Assembly (NCBI GenBank): GCA_018824145.1
Contig: JAHJHC010000088.1
Coordinates: 2,696-66,695 of the forward strand
DNA from: Candidatus Omnitrophota bacterium
GTDB lineage: Bacteria; Omnitrophota; Gorgyraeia; Gorgyraeales; Gorgyraeaceae
Direction of reading: 5' to 3'
Length of the DNA: 64,000 nt
Shown: piece after piece, positions 29,807 through 39,270 of the stretch
How positions within the stretch are numbered: position 1 is the first letter of the stretch
Layout: the number at the start of each line of letters is the position of its first letter
Notes under the pieces: generated by a model
What the model was told of the DNA's origin: nothing
The model's input: only the letters and a program-made list of their open reading frames with translations
Database searches by the model: none
Program-made: the position numbers and the translations under genes

Positions 29807-31031
29807 CTCGATAAAAGAGACTGACATCGAGAGTCGGTTGGCTTTGCTTTTAGCAAGATGGATAATATATGATAATGGTTTTGAAAAGATAGAAAATTTA
29901 TTGATGCAGGAAAAGATCGAATGGAAGAAGTTCCGAGAGATCATTGTATATCATGAATTGTGTGCTTTTGCCTACATTTGTTTAAAAAAACATCTTTATT
30001 TGTTGCCTAATAACAGCATGGAGTTATTAAAAAAAGATTACTATTTTTGTTTAACCCATCAGGTTTTTTTATGGCGTGAATTCTTACGCATAGCACATAT
30101 TTTCAGAGATAAAAATATAGAGTTTACACCGTTAAAAGGAATAGCTTTTTTTATAGACAATATGTATGGTGAAAGAAGATATTTGAGACCCATGGTGGAT
30201 ATAGACCTTATGGTTAAAAAGGAAACGTTGCCTTTGGTTGAAAGAATCCTGGGAAGTCTTGGGTATGAGAAACATTTGGGAGGCAATAAAGAGGATTATT
30301 GGAAAAGCCAAAACTATCATTTACCATTTATAAAAAAAAGACAAAAAGGATTGCCTTGTATGGCCGAAATGCATTGGGACCTAGATTATAAAAGAAAGAA
30401 TCCCTTGCTGCCTTATTTATGGAGCAGGATAAAAAAAATGCGTTTGGATGGCAAAGAGATATCCCTCCTTAGTCCAGAAGATACACTTTTTAGTATTGCG
30501 CTCCATCATCGCCGATTCGGAAAAATGCTTTGTTTAAAGAATGTTTGTGACACAGCAATGTTGCTGGAACGATACAAGGATGATATTGACTGGCATTACA
30601 TATTAAGGGAGGCAGAAAGAGAGGGGATGAGGACGATACTATATTTTATATTTACTCAGGCAACTCTTTTGCTTGACGTAAAAATACCCCCTTTCGTTTT
30701 AAGAAGACTAGATATACCTGGGTATAAGAGGCAGTTAATTGAACGATTTATTCTTAGCAATACTTTTGCGGTAGAGTCGGGGTTAAATAACTATAAATCT
30801 CTTTATCTCAGGACTCATTTTTTAATTTATGATAATATATGGGATCCAGTTAAATGTGTACTAGGTCTTCCTCTAGAACAATTTGCTAAATTTTATAGTT
30901 TACAACCTTATTCCAGAAGAACTAACTTGCTTTACAAGATTCGTTATCTATATTTCTTGAAGAGTCTTCTTGTGATTATACTAAATGCAACAACTAAAAG
31001 AATGTCGAAGTTGCTAAAAAATAAGAAATGA
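29769..31031 (+). CDS. Nucleotidyltransferase family protein (NTP_transf_5-like)
   Basis: PLKG, RPMVDIDLMV, AEMHW, LSPED...H motifs. Start may be ATG 29793. Confidence 0.82.
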   Translation: MMDYGYLDMIHFSSIKETDIESRLALLLARWIIYDNGFEKIENLLMQEKIEWKKFREIIVYHELCAFAYICLKKHLYLLPNNSMELLKKDYYFCLTHQVFLWREFLRIAHIFRDKNIEFTPLKGIAFFIDNMYGERRYLRPMVDIDLMVKKETLPLVERILGSLGYEKHLGGNKEDYWKSQNYHLPFIKKRQKGLPCMAEMHWDLDYKRKNPLLPYLWSRIKKMRLDGKEISLLSPEDTLFSIALHHRRFGKMLCLKNVCDTAMLLERYKDDIDWHYILREAEREGMRTILYFIFTQATLLLDVKIPPFVLRRLDIPGYKRQLIERFILSNTFAVESGLNNYKSLYLRTHFLIYDNIWDPVKCVLGLPLEQFAKFYSLQPYSRRTNLLYKIRYLYFLKSLLVIILNATTKRMSKLLKNKK

Positions 31032-31296
31032 CAATCACTCTCGTATTTCCACTTTTAATGGCAGAACGGAATTTTATGGTGAGAAGATTTCTTTTTGAAT
31101 GTACTAAAGAAATAGATTGGAAGGGAATTAATGAGATGGGAAAGAAATTGTTAAATAAACCTAAAAAATCGGCTACAGAATAAATTTTTGAGTCATTCTC
31201 ATGCTCATATGTTAATTCATGCCGCTTTAAAATGAAAAGTTCTCCTTTGAACATAGCTGAAGATATGGTAAAATTTGCTTGTAAATCGGATAGGAC

Positions 31297-32694
31297 ATGA
31301 TGAAAACCGTGAAATTTTCTATAGGATATAACCATGACATGGGATTGTTAGATCTTTTGGAGGAATTTAAAAGTAATATTGAAGCAGTTTATTTCCCTGT
31401 TCCTTATCAGTTTTTAAGTTCAGGTAGAAATCTTCCTCAGGGAAAAGATTACATTGGCGAAATTGTAAAAATAATTAAGAAATGTAATTCATTAAATATT
31501 ATACCCGAATTATTATTGAATGCTACTTGTGATGGAGGAAGAGGATTAAAAAAGAACTTTCCAGCGGACATGATTAAATATATTAAGGAGTTGAAGGATT
31601 TAGGGTTAAAGAATATTATAGTTACAAACCCTGTTTATATTAGTAGGATCAGAAAAGAGATCAAAGATATTACCATCGAATCTTCCGTTAATTGTTATAT
31701 AAAAACCGTAGAACATGCTTCATATTTGAAAGATTTAGGCGTGGATATTTTAACTATTGATAGGGATATAAATAGAGATATACCTTTGATAAAAAAAATC
31801 AAAAAATCTACCGGACTTAAAATAAAGATAATGCTTAACGAAGGGTGCTTGAAAAATTGCCCTTTCAGAAATGTTCATTATAATTATCTTTCTCATAGTA
31901 CTACGAAGGAAAATTCTCAAAATAGCATTCTTTCAGATTATTTTTGTTATACTATATATTCAAAAAATCCTGAAAAAGTATTTAAAACACCGTTCATACC
32001 GCCAGAGGCATTGGGATATTATATTGATTTTGTGGATTATTTTAAGTTATCTACCAGAGTATTTGATTTACCCAGGATAAAGCGATGCTTGGAGGCTTAT
32101 AAAGAGCAGAGATTTAGCGGTAATTTATTAAATATATTAGATAGCCCAGGTCTTTCTTATTTTAGTTTCATAAATCATGATGCTTTGAAAAAAAACAACT
32201 ACTTTTTAAAGATGCTTAAATGTGACGAGAATTGTGCCGAATGTAATTATTGTAATAGATTAAAGCAAGAAGCGGCTATTATAAATACCAGTTTATTGAA
32301 AGGAGAAGAAAGAAACAAAGAAGATGCAAAAGCTATTGTTGTCTTTGAGAGACTTTTAAAAGATTTCCCAAAGGAATCTGCTATTTATTTAGGTTTAGCA
32401 AAAGCATATTTACACTTTAAAAAGTATAAAGAAGCTATTGAGATTTTGAGTAAAGCCTTATCTTTTAATTTAAATAACGCTAACATTTGCTATCTGTTAG
32501 GTGTTTGTTATGTAGGGGTAGAAGACTTTAATAATGCAATAGAGAATCTTAAAAAAGCCAAAGAAAAAGGTTTTAAGAGTGCTAGAGTAAATTTTTTACT
32601 TTCAGGATGTTACAGAAGAATCAAGATGAAAAAGAAAGCGCTTAGAGAATTAGATGAAGGGATTCAAAAGATAAAAGAGGTAAATGTGGTTTAA
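31297..32694 (+). CDS. U32 'peptidase' family (Fe-S) protein with C-terminal TPR repeats
   Basis: LLNATC, SSVN, DRDINRD, LNEGCLKNCPFR, FKLSTR, CDENCAECNYC. TPR-like YLGLAKAYL...EAIEILSKAL and YLLGVCY...AIENLKKA. Confidence 0.72.
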   Translation: MMKTVKFSIGYNHDMGLLDLLEEFKSNIEAVYFPVPYQFLSSGRNLPQGKDYIGEIVKIIKKCNSLNIIPELLLNATCDGGRGLKKNFPADMIKYIKELKDLGLKNIIVTNPVYISRIRKEIKDITIESSVNCYIKTVEHASYLKDLGVDILTIDRDINRDIPLIKKIKKSTGLKIKIMLNEGCLKNCPFRNVHYNYLSHSTTKENSQNSILSDYFCYTIYSKNPEKVFKTPFIPPEALGYYIDFVDYFKLSTRVFDLPRIKRCLEAYKEQRFSGNLLNILDSPGLSYFSFINHDALKKNNYFLKMLKCDENCAECNYCNRLKQEAAIINTSLLKGEERNKEDAKAIVVFERLLKDFPKESAIYLGLAKAYLHFKKYKEAIEILSKALSFNLNNANICYLLGVCYVGVEDFNNAIENLKKAKEKGFKSARVNFLLSGCYRRIKMKKKALRELDEGIQKIKEVNVV

Positions 32695-33595
32695 AGCAGT
32701 ACGCTATCGGGAGAACTATTTTATGAAAAATCATATGTTTAGCTGCGAATTTTTTAAACTAGGGCCTTTTACCGTTTGTATTAATTTTGAAAATGATGAA
32801 TTAAGAAAAGAGGTAACCTCTCTTTTTAAAGAAAACTGGCCGGTAATTAGTGTTTATCAGATAACACCTAATGTAGTAGACTGTTATTGTCATGTTTTTA
32901 TCAGTGAGAGGTATTATAAAGATTATATTGAAAAAACTCCAAAAGATAATACGAGCTATTGTTATGCGGCAGATAATAGATTATTGACCTATTCTTCGGA
33001 TTTTAAGCTTATAAGATACTTTATAAACACGACAAGCAATTATATTGCATATATTTTAGACTTTATAGGCAAATTATTTATTTTTTCACCATTTTTATTA
33101 AGGCATAATTCGCTTATGTTGCATGCCGCCGGAGTAGTTTATAAAAATAAGGGATTTATTTTTGCAGGCCCTGCAGGTATAGGTAAAACAACTATTTGTA
33201 AGATTCTCTGTCGTGGCGGTGCGTATCCTTTATCGGATGATAGAGTTATCGTGCGTAATGAAGGGGGTAAATTCACGGTTTATCCTTTATGGATTTTCTC
33301 TTCGGATGGCATGGACTTGAGCTATGAATTTATGAAATTGCAATTTCATTCTTTTCCATTGAAAGCGATATTTTTTTTACAACAAAGTAAAAAATTTGCT
33401 TTAAAAGAGATGAATTTTTTGGACAAGATAAGTATGATTTCAAAAAACTCCCTTTTGTTTTCCGAGAACATCAGAGATTCGAGAGAGGATTTTTTTTTAA
33501 GCGTACACAGCATATCCAAAAATAAGCATATTTACAAGCTTTGCTATGATAGAAGCGATAAAATATTCCCTTTATTAGATTCTTATGATGAGTGA
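32684..33595 (+). CDS. HPr kinase-related P-loop kinase (RiPP-associated type)
   Basis: LHAAGV...FAGPAGIGKTT and LSDDRVIVR. Confidence 0.78.
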   Translation: MWFKAVRYRENYFMKNHMFSCEFFKLGPFTVCINFENDELRKEVTSLFKENWPVISVYQITPNVVDCYCHVFISERYYKDYIEKTPKDNTSYCYAADNRLLTYSSDFKLIRYFINTTSNYIAYILDFIGKLFIFSPFLLRHNSLMLHAAGVVYKNKGFIFAGPAGIGKTTICKILCRGGAYPLSDDRVIVRNEGGKFTVYPLWIFSSDGMDLSYEFMKLQFHSFPLKAIFFLQQSKKFALKEMNFLDKISMISKNSLLFSENIRDSREDFFLSVHSISKNKHIYKLCYDRSDKIFPLLDSYDE

Positions 33596-34877
33596 TCGTT
33601 TTATAGTTTTAAAAAGAAAACATAAAAAATCGTGGTTATTTGACAAACTCGAAGGGAAAATTTTTTCTCTCAATCGGACCGCAGCCGAAATATTAAAGTT
33701 AATATGCGAAAATAGAAAAAAAGAGGAAATAAAGAAAATTTTTACCGAGAAATTAGATATTAAAGATGTCCGGATTTTCAAAAAAGATTTTGATCGCTTT
33801 AAATCCATGGTCGAAAGTAAAAAAATATCCGATGTTTCGCATAGAAAAATTCCTCCTCGTGCACTTAGAAATATACAGTTGTGTTTGACCTATAGGTGTA
33901 ATCTATCTTGCCGCCATTGTTATCAGAGTAATCATAATGCTGTCGGTTATATGCCGTTAGGATTAGTAAAAAAAGCATTAGGAGAAATTTCAAGGATGCA
34001 TAGTATTGAATCAGTGGTTTTATCAGGAGGCGAGCCTTTTTTACATAAAGATATTTTTGCAATATTTGAATCCGTCTCTTCTCTTTTAGACTTGGGCAAA
34101 AGGGTTAGGGTATGTACTAACGGAACTATTTTTAGACCGAGCGAGATTAGGAGAATAGACAATAGAATGGAGTTTTTCGTTAGTCTTGATGGAAGCACAG
34201 AGAAACAAAACCGTATAATTAGAGGCCCTGGTAAATTTCGAGCTACTTTGCGAATAATAGAATCCCTCGTAAATAATGGCAACGTAGTAATAATTAATTT
34301 TGTTGTAAACCGCTATACCTGGAAAGATATGCTAAAAATATGTAGTTTAGGTAAAAAATTAGGGATATCCAGAATAAATTTTCTACCAACGATTTTTATA
34401 AATAAGTCCGAAGCCTATGTGCGAAGACTGATTATACCTCGGGAGAAACGGGTTGCTTTTTTAAAAGAAAAAGAAAAGATAAAGCATCAATTTGACAGGA
34501 ATTTTTTTTTGGGGAGATTCCTAGAGCTGAATTTTCTTTCGGGTACTTCTAAAAGAAAATTCCCGATTATTTTGCTACCTTGCCCTGCAGGGACTCAAAA
34601 GTGTTATGTCGAACCAAGTGGGGATGTGGTCCCTTGTTATTATCTAGGAGGACATGTGGGGGGGAATTTTAAAAGTTTTTCCATGAAACAAATTTGGAAT
34701 TTCCCTGCTGTGCAATTTGAACGCGCACGTTTTCCTTATATTGTTGACGAAGAAGATATGCCTGGATGTACGGATTGTGAATATGTTTTTCAATGTTTCG
34801 AGGAAAATTTCGATAATGTATTATTTTCAAATTTACGCGGGGAAGTAATAAAAGAAATTATCTGTTATAAACTGTAA
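33585..34877 (+). CDS. Radical SAM/SPASM maturase with N-terminal PqqD/RRE domain
   Basis: RRE-like GKIFSLNRTAAEILKL; CNLSCRHC; SGGEP; VSLDG; CPAG...PSGDVVPC...CTDCEYVFQC. Confidence 0.85.
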   Translation: MMSDRFIVLKRKHKKSWLFDKLEGKIFSLNRTAAEILKLICENRKKEEIKKIFTEKLDIKDVRIFKKDFDRFKSMVESKKISDVSHRKIPPRALRNIQLCLTYRCNLSCRHCYQSNHNAVGYMPLGLVKKALGEISRMHSIESVVLSGGEPFLHKDIFAIFESVSSLLDLGKRVRVCTNGTIFRPSEIRRIDNRMEFFVSLDGSTEKQNRIIRGPGKFRATLRIIESLVNNGNVVIINFVVNRYTWKDMLKICSLGKKLGISRINFLPTIFINKSEAYVRRLIIPREKRVAFLKEKEKIKHQFDRNFFLGRFLELNFLSGTSKRKFPIILLPCPAGTQKCYVEPSGDVVPCYYLGGHVGGNFKSFSMKQIWNFPAVQFERARFPYIVDEEDMPGCTDCEYVFQCFEENFDNVLFSNLRGEVIKEIICYKL

Positions 34878-34918
34878 TAGGATTTTTTTCAACCTATTGC
34901 CATCAAAATTCCACAAAA

Positions 34919-36286
34919 ATGAAGACACCAAAGTTGGCTTTTGTTGAACGATCAGAAAGTGATTTTATCAGCGCGAAAATTGCTAACGAAAACTTTATAA
35001 ATTTTTTATCCAAATACATGGAGGTAGACAGAATTTCTGTAGCAGAAAAAAAAGATTTAAAAGAGACCTTTGAAAACATCGAAAATGATAAATTCGACTA
35101 TGTATATATCGATAGTTTTAATTTTCTTTTAGAGACGTTTCTTTTAAGGGATAGATATCAACTAAATATATCTATAATTGCCCGCCTCGATTCAATTATT
35201 CACCAAGAACAAAATAACTTTGCCTATCTAATACCATTGATAAGGGAAGGTGATATGCTTTTTACCCCATCACGATATTCTCAAAATTCTTACTACAGAA
35301 TATCAGATAAGGTAAAAATCCATTGCATTCCACACGCCATAGATATAAATTTAATCCAAAAAAATATGAACCCAAATATTAAAAACGATAAAATTATCAT
35401 AACTTATTTGGGAAGGTTGGCAGACCAAAAAGGTGTTAGCATATTAATAGAATCTATGCCTCGAATTTTTTCTGAAGTAAGAAATGTACAATTGAATGTA
35501 ATAGGTCCATTAAGTGGGGATAGAATAACTAATTATCCGCAAACAGAATATGTTAAAAAAATAAAGGAGCGCGTAAAAGAACTAAATTTAGCTGAAATTA
35601 TCCACTTTAAGGGAGTCCAATTTGGTGCGGATAAATATAAACTTTTATCTCAGTCAGTAATCTTGGTTAACCCGACTATTGCTGCGGAAGAGACTTTTGG
35701 TATAGTAAATATAGAGGCTTTGTCGTGTGGAGTACCAGTGGTAGCAACCAATTGGGCAGGTATAAATGAAATAATTAATGATAAAATAAATGGAGTCCTG
35801 GTAGATATCGAGTGTAAGAAGTTTAAGAGAGGTAATTTCACAGGTAAGAGTTATAAAGTGAACCAGAGACAACTGGTGAATTCAATAGTAAGTATTTTGC
35901 AAAGCAAGACACTCCAGCTAAAATTAAAGCAAAATGCCTTGATAAGTGCAAAAGATTATGATTATCGAAAAATAATGCCTTGTCTTGTCGATTTATTAAA
36001 TAAGACAAATAGAGGGCGGTTACAAAAGAGGGCGTGGGGATCAATAAAAACTAAAAAAGCAACAGATTTTGACTATCTTTATAATAGGGATTTCCTTTTT
36101 TTTCTTTATTACTTTAAATATAATTTATATACATATTCTGAGTTGTATCAAAAATTTTTCGGCAGTGACGTTTTATCTTTCAATGAACCGAAAGCAGGGA
36201 GAAATTTTAACATTAAAGAATCTGATAAGGATAGGAATAGGAACATTCTCAGGGTTTACTCAGATTATTTAATGTTAAGAGATTAA
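34919..36286 (+). CDS. GT4 glycosyltransferase inside the RiPP cassette
   Basis: YLGRLADQKG, EETFGIVNIEALSCGVPVV. Confidence 0.87.
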   Translation: MKTPKLAFVERSESDFISAKIANENFINFLSKYMEVDRISVAEKKDLKETFENIENDKFDYVYIDSFNFLLETFLLRDRYQLNISIIARLDSIIHQEQNNFAYLIPLIREGDMLFTPSRYSQNSYYRISDKVKIHCIPHAIDINLIQKNMNPNIKNDKIIITYLGRLADQKGVSILIESMPRIFSEVRNVQLNVIGPLSGDRITNYPQTEYVKKIKERVKELNLAEIIHFKGVQFGADKYKLLSQSVILVNPTIAAEETFGIVNIEALSCGVPVVATNWAGINEIINDKINGVLVDIECKKFKRGNFTGKSYKVNQRQLVNSIVSILQSKTLQLKLKQNALISAKDYDYRKIMPCLVDLLNKTNRGRLQKRAWGSIKTKKATDFDYLYNRDFLFFLYYFKYNLYTYSELYQKFFGSDVLSFNEPKAGRNFNIKESDKDRNRNILRVYSDYLMLRD

Positions 36287-36306
36287 AAAGGTACGATTTA
36301 AATTAC

Positions 36307-36335
36307 TTTACAAGATAAGTGGCGTGTTGTATAAT
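36307..36335 (+). promoter_or_regulatory. sigma70 promoter for the pqqD-rSAM-precursor-peptidase unit
   Basis: TTTACA(36307)-17 nt-TATAAT(36330), followed by RBS GGGAGG and ATG 36355. Confidence 0.65.
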
Positions 36336-36354
36336 TTCATTGGCTGGGAGGCAT

Positions 36355-36672
36355 ATGATGAAATGGAAAGATGAAAGACCTATCAGGAAAAATAATACTG
36401 TCCTAAGGGAAATAGAAGGCGAGAGTCTGTTGGTTCCGATCGCCCAGTTTGATGACCCATTTTTGATTTTGTACACCCTTAATGACGCAGGCAGATTCAT
36501 TTGGGATATTATCGGTACTTCTTGTTCGGCAGGAGAGATTGTCAAAAAGTTGATGGAACAATATGAAGTCGATGAAAAATGCGCCCAAAAAGACGTAGAA
36601 ATGTTTCTTTCCCTCTTGCATGATAAAGATTTGATTTCTTTCAATAAGGTAGAAAATGACCGAAACATGTAA
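36355..36672 (+). CDS. Stand-alone PqqD-family RiPP recognition element (RRE)
   Basis: REIEGESLLVP...LYTLNDAGRFIWD...EIVKKLMEQYEVD...DVEMFL. ATG after GGGAGG preferred to the GTG at 36319. Confidence 0.9.
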   Translation: MMKWKDERPIRKNNTVLREIEGESLLVPIAQFDDPFLILYTLNDAGRFIWDIIGTSCSAGEIVKKLMEQYEVDEKCAQKDVEMFLSLLHDKDLISFNKVENDRNM

Positions 36673-37825
36673 TCGTTATTATAGTACGCGTTATTTTTTA
36701 AGCACTCGTGATAGAAATAAACAATCAGCTACTCATAAGGTAGGCATAAAAGCTATTTTGTTTTCTTTGTTTATCAATCTTACCCATTGCTGCAATTTAG
36801 ACTGTTCAATATGTTTAGTGAAGAGTGATTTGTCTTCAAGAAAAAAACAAGAACTAGATACACGCACTATAAAACAAATTTTAGATGAAGCAGCTTCTTT
36901 AGGAGCGTTAAATGTTGGTTTTTCTGGAGGAGAACCTTTATTACGCGAGGACTTCGAAGATGTTTATGTTTATGCAATTAAAAAAGGATTTTTAGTATCA
37001 ATATATTCTAATATCACTTTATTAACTAGTTCTACACTTGATCTTTTTCAAAGATATCCCCCTGACAGGATTCAGGTTTCCGTTTATGGTTTATCTAGAG
37101 AGATATATGAGAAAGTTACAAGGGTTCCAGGATCTTTCGACTCTTTTATGAATAACCTTGCTGGGTTGAGAGAGAGAAGAATTAGGCTTAGCTTGCAATT
37201 TACCCTTTGTTCCAGTAATGAAAAAGAATGTGAACATTTCATCCATTCTTTCCCAAAGAAAGATTACGAGCTTAAAAATGCTACAATTTATTTATATAAA
37301 CATATGAGATCCGATGCTAGGAGAAATGCTTTAATTGAACAGGTGATGTTGCCGCCAGCTAAGATGGCTTATTATGTGTTTAAATATCAGTTTAGTAGCC
37401 GGATGGGCTTCTTGTTTTCTCCTTCTGATAGGAGAAAGATAAGGGGTCAAAATAAACTTTTTTGGAGATGTTTAAAAGATATAGAAACACTTAGTATTAG
37501 TCCTTCAGGTGAATGTTGCTTTTGTTACGAGATGCCTGTACCCGAAAATAGACGTCAGTATAAACCAGGTAAGTTGAAGGAAATTGTACGGGTGCTTTTA
37601 GAAGAGAAAAAAAATGCAATCATGCCGGATATAGAATGTCGAGATTGTCCTAATCTTTTATATTGCGAGTGGTGTCCACTTTATGCTTACGTATTTATGG
37701 GAAAGTTAGCACCTATTCCTTATTTCTGCGAAGTTATGAAAGAATTAAATTTACTGGGTGTGCCTATGCTTACAGAGGAGGTAATTTATGCCGGAAAAGA
37801 AAAGGAACAAAAAGAAAAAGTATGA
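36656..37825 (+). CDS. Radical SAM/SPASM peptide maturase
   Basis: CNLDCSIC, SGGEPLLREDF, SPASM C...ISPSGECCFC...CRDC..LLYCEWCP...FC. Confidence 0.88.
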   Translation: MTETCNRYYSTRYFLSTRDRNKQSATHKVGIKAILFSLFINLTHCCNLDCSICLVKSDLSSRKKQELDTRTIKQILDEAASLGALNVGFSGGEPLLREDFEDVYVYAIKKGFLVSIYSNITLLTSSTLDLFQRYPPDRIQVSVYGLSREIYEKVTRVPGSFDSFMNNLAGLRERRIRLSLQFTLCSSNEKECEHFIHSFPKKDYELKNATIYLYKHMRSDARRNALIEQVMLPPAKMAYYVFKYQFSSRMGFLFSPSDRRKIRGQNKLFWRCLKDIETLSISPSGECCFCYEMPVPENRRQYKPGKLKEIVRVLLEEKKNAIMPDIECRDCPNLLYCEWCPLYAYVFMGKLAPIPYFCEVMKELNLLGVPMLTEEVIYAGKEKEQKEKV

Positions 37826-37952
37826 AGCACCTTGCTTAGAAGAAGTATCTATTCAGGAAGGTGGAGGAATAGCTACTGGTTGTTCTAACTGGAGAGGTGT
37901 ACATGAACTCTGCAGTTGTGGTTGCGAAAATGGGGGTAGCGCGGTCAACTAA
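37788..37952 (+). CDS. Putative RiPP precursor peptide, 54 aa (MPEKKRNKKKKYEAPCLEEVSIQEGGGIATGCSNWRGVHELCSCGCENGGSAVN)
   Basis: Translated by hand; below the ORF-track length cut-off. Strong RBS GAGGAGGT at 37775-37782; basic N-terminus plus YxxPxL motif; Cys/Gly/Ser-rich C-terminus; lies between rSAM and peptidase. Confidence 0.85.
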   Translation: MPEKKRNKKKKYEAPCLEEVSIQEGGGIATGCSNWRGVHELCSCGCENGGSAVN

Positions 37953-38019
37953 TGAGATTGCAAATGATAATTTGTAATAAGATTTTAGAAGATAGGCACC
38001 AGTTTCTTAAACTTAAGCC

Positions 38020-38547
38020 ATGATAAACCAAATAATAAAAGAGCTTGAAATAGAAAGGATAAAAAGTCTTTTAGACGATAGGAAATACTTCTGGTTAAGT
38101 GTTCGTGGTAAGTCTATGGAGCCAGTTTTAAGAGCTGATTATAAAGTAAAAATTAGAAAAGTAGATGTAAATAAAATTAAAGTCGGAGATATTATAGTTT
38201 TTGGCAGGGGACAAATTGTCTGCCACAGAGTTATTAGGAGGTTGAAGTTTTTTAACGAAACTTACTTTATCCATAAAGGAGATAATGTCGTTATTGGGGA
38301 CATAGTTACTGGTAGCGATTTAATCGGTAAAGTAGAAACAATAATAGACGACAAAAAACAGGAAATCAATAAAGAAGCCTGGCAATATCGCGCCCCTAAT
38401 ATGAAAAGGTTTGCGGAATTGCACTATATTTATTTAATCTGTGTCCTAGTAAAAAAAAGAATTTTAAAAGAGAGAAGGAATAAGTTTACAGAATTATTAA
38501 AGAGAATTTTTTGGAAAATAATAGTAACCCCGCTAAATGCCGTCTAA
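38020..38547 (+). CDS. S24/S26 family peptidase (signal peptidase I-like)
   Basis: GKSMEPVL (Ser), GDIIVF, HRV (His), KGDN, LIGKV. Confidence 0.85.
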   Translation: MINQIIKELEIERIKSLLDDRKYFWLSVRGKSMEPVLRADYKVKIRKVDVNKIKVGDIIVFGRGQIVCHRVIRRLKFFNETYFIHKGDNVVIGDIVTGSDLIGKVETIIDDKKQEINKEAWQYRAPNMKRFAELHYIYLICVLVKKRILKERRNKFTELLKRIFWKIIVTPLNAV

Positions 38548-38660
38548 TTGCTATTGAAGGCATGCTAAATTTAATTGAAAATTCAGCGTACTAATATAAG
38601 AAATTTTCATTATGCCTGTCAAGGTCATGTATAAAGTTAGAAAATATAGAAATTTTCTCC

Positions 38661-39270
38661 ATGGCCTATGTCATAGATATATCTAGGCTAACCAAAGAAT
38701 TTATACCTGCTAAAATTCCCCATCACTTTATAGTACATCTTTTTAAAAAACAAAGACCTGTTTTGGCGATCAATAAAGTTAGCCTTCAAATTAAAAAAGG
38801 TGATACATTTGCACTGGTAGGGCCAAATGGTGCTGGGAAAACTACTCTGATCAAGATCTTGTCCGGTCTTATCTTGCCTACAAAAGGAAGAGCCAAAGTT
38901 GCTGGTTATGACATTTTAGACGAAAAGATGATTAAAGTGTCAGTGGGCCTAGTGAGTGGCGATGAGCGAAGTTTTTATTGGAGGTTAACTCTGTGGCAGA
39001 CCCTTTCTTTTTTTCTGCACTTTATAACCTTTCTGCTACACAGTCTAAAAGTAGAATAGAGAAATTAAGCGGTTTATTAGAGATTACTTCACAGTTAGAT
39101 AAGAGATTTCAGGAATGTTCTACCGGTGTAAAAGAGAGGGTAGTTATTGCTCGTGGCCTTTTGAATAATCCCAAAGTTTTATTTATGGACGAACCTACGA
39201 AAAGTTTGGATTTTGAAACAGGTAGAAATTTAAGAAGCTTTACAAGAAATAGATTAGTGAATAAAGAGGA
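38661..39270 (+). pseudogene. ABC ATP-binding gene, frameshifted in a T7 run (39008-39014) and 3'-truncated; paralog of 25843-26631
   Basis: GPNGAGKTTLIKI...ERSFYWRL in one frame; SALYNL...CSTGVKER...FMDEPTKSLD in the -1 frame; ends before the H-loop. Confidence 0.8.
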
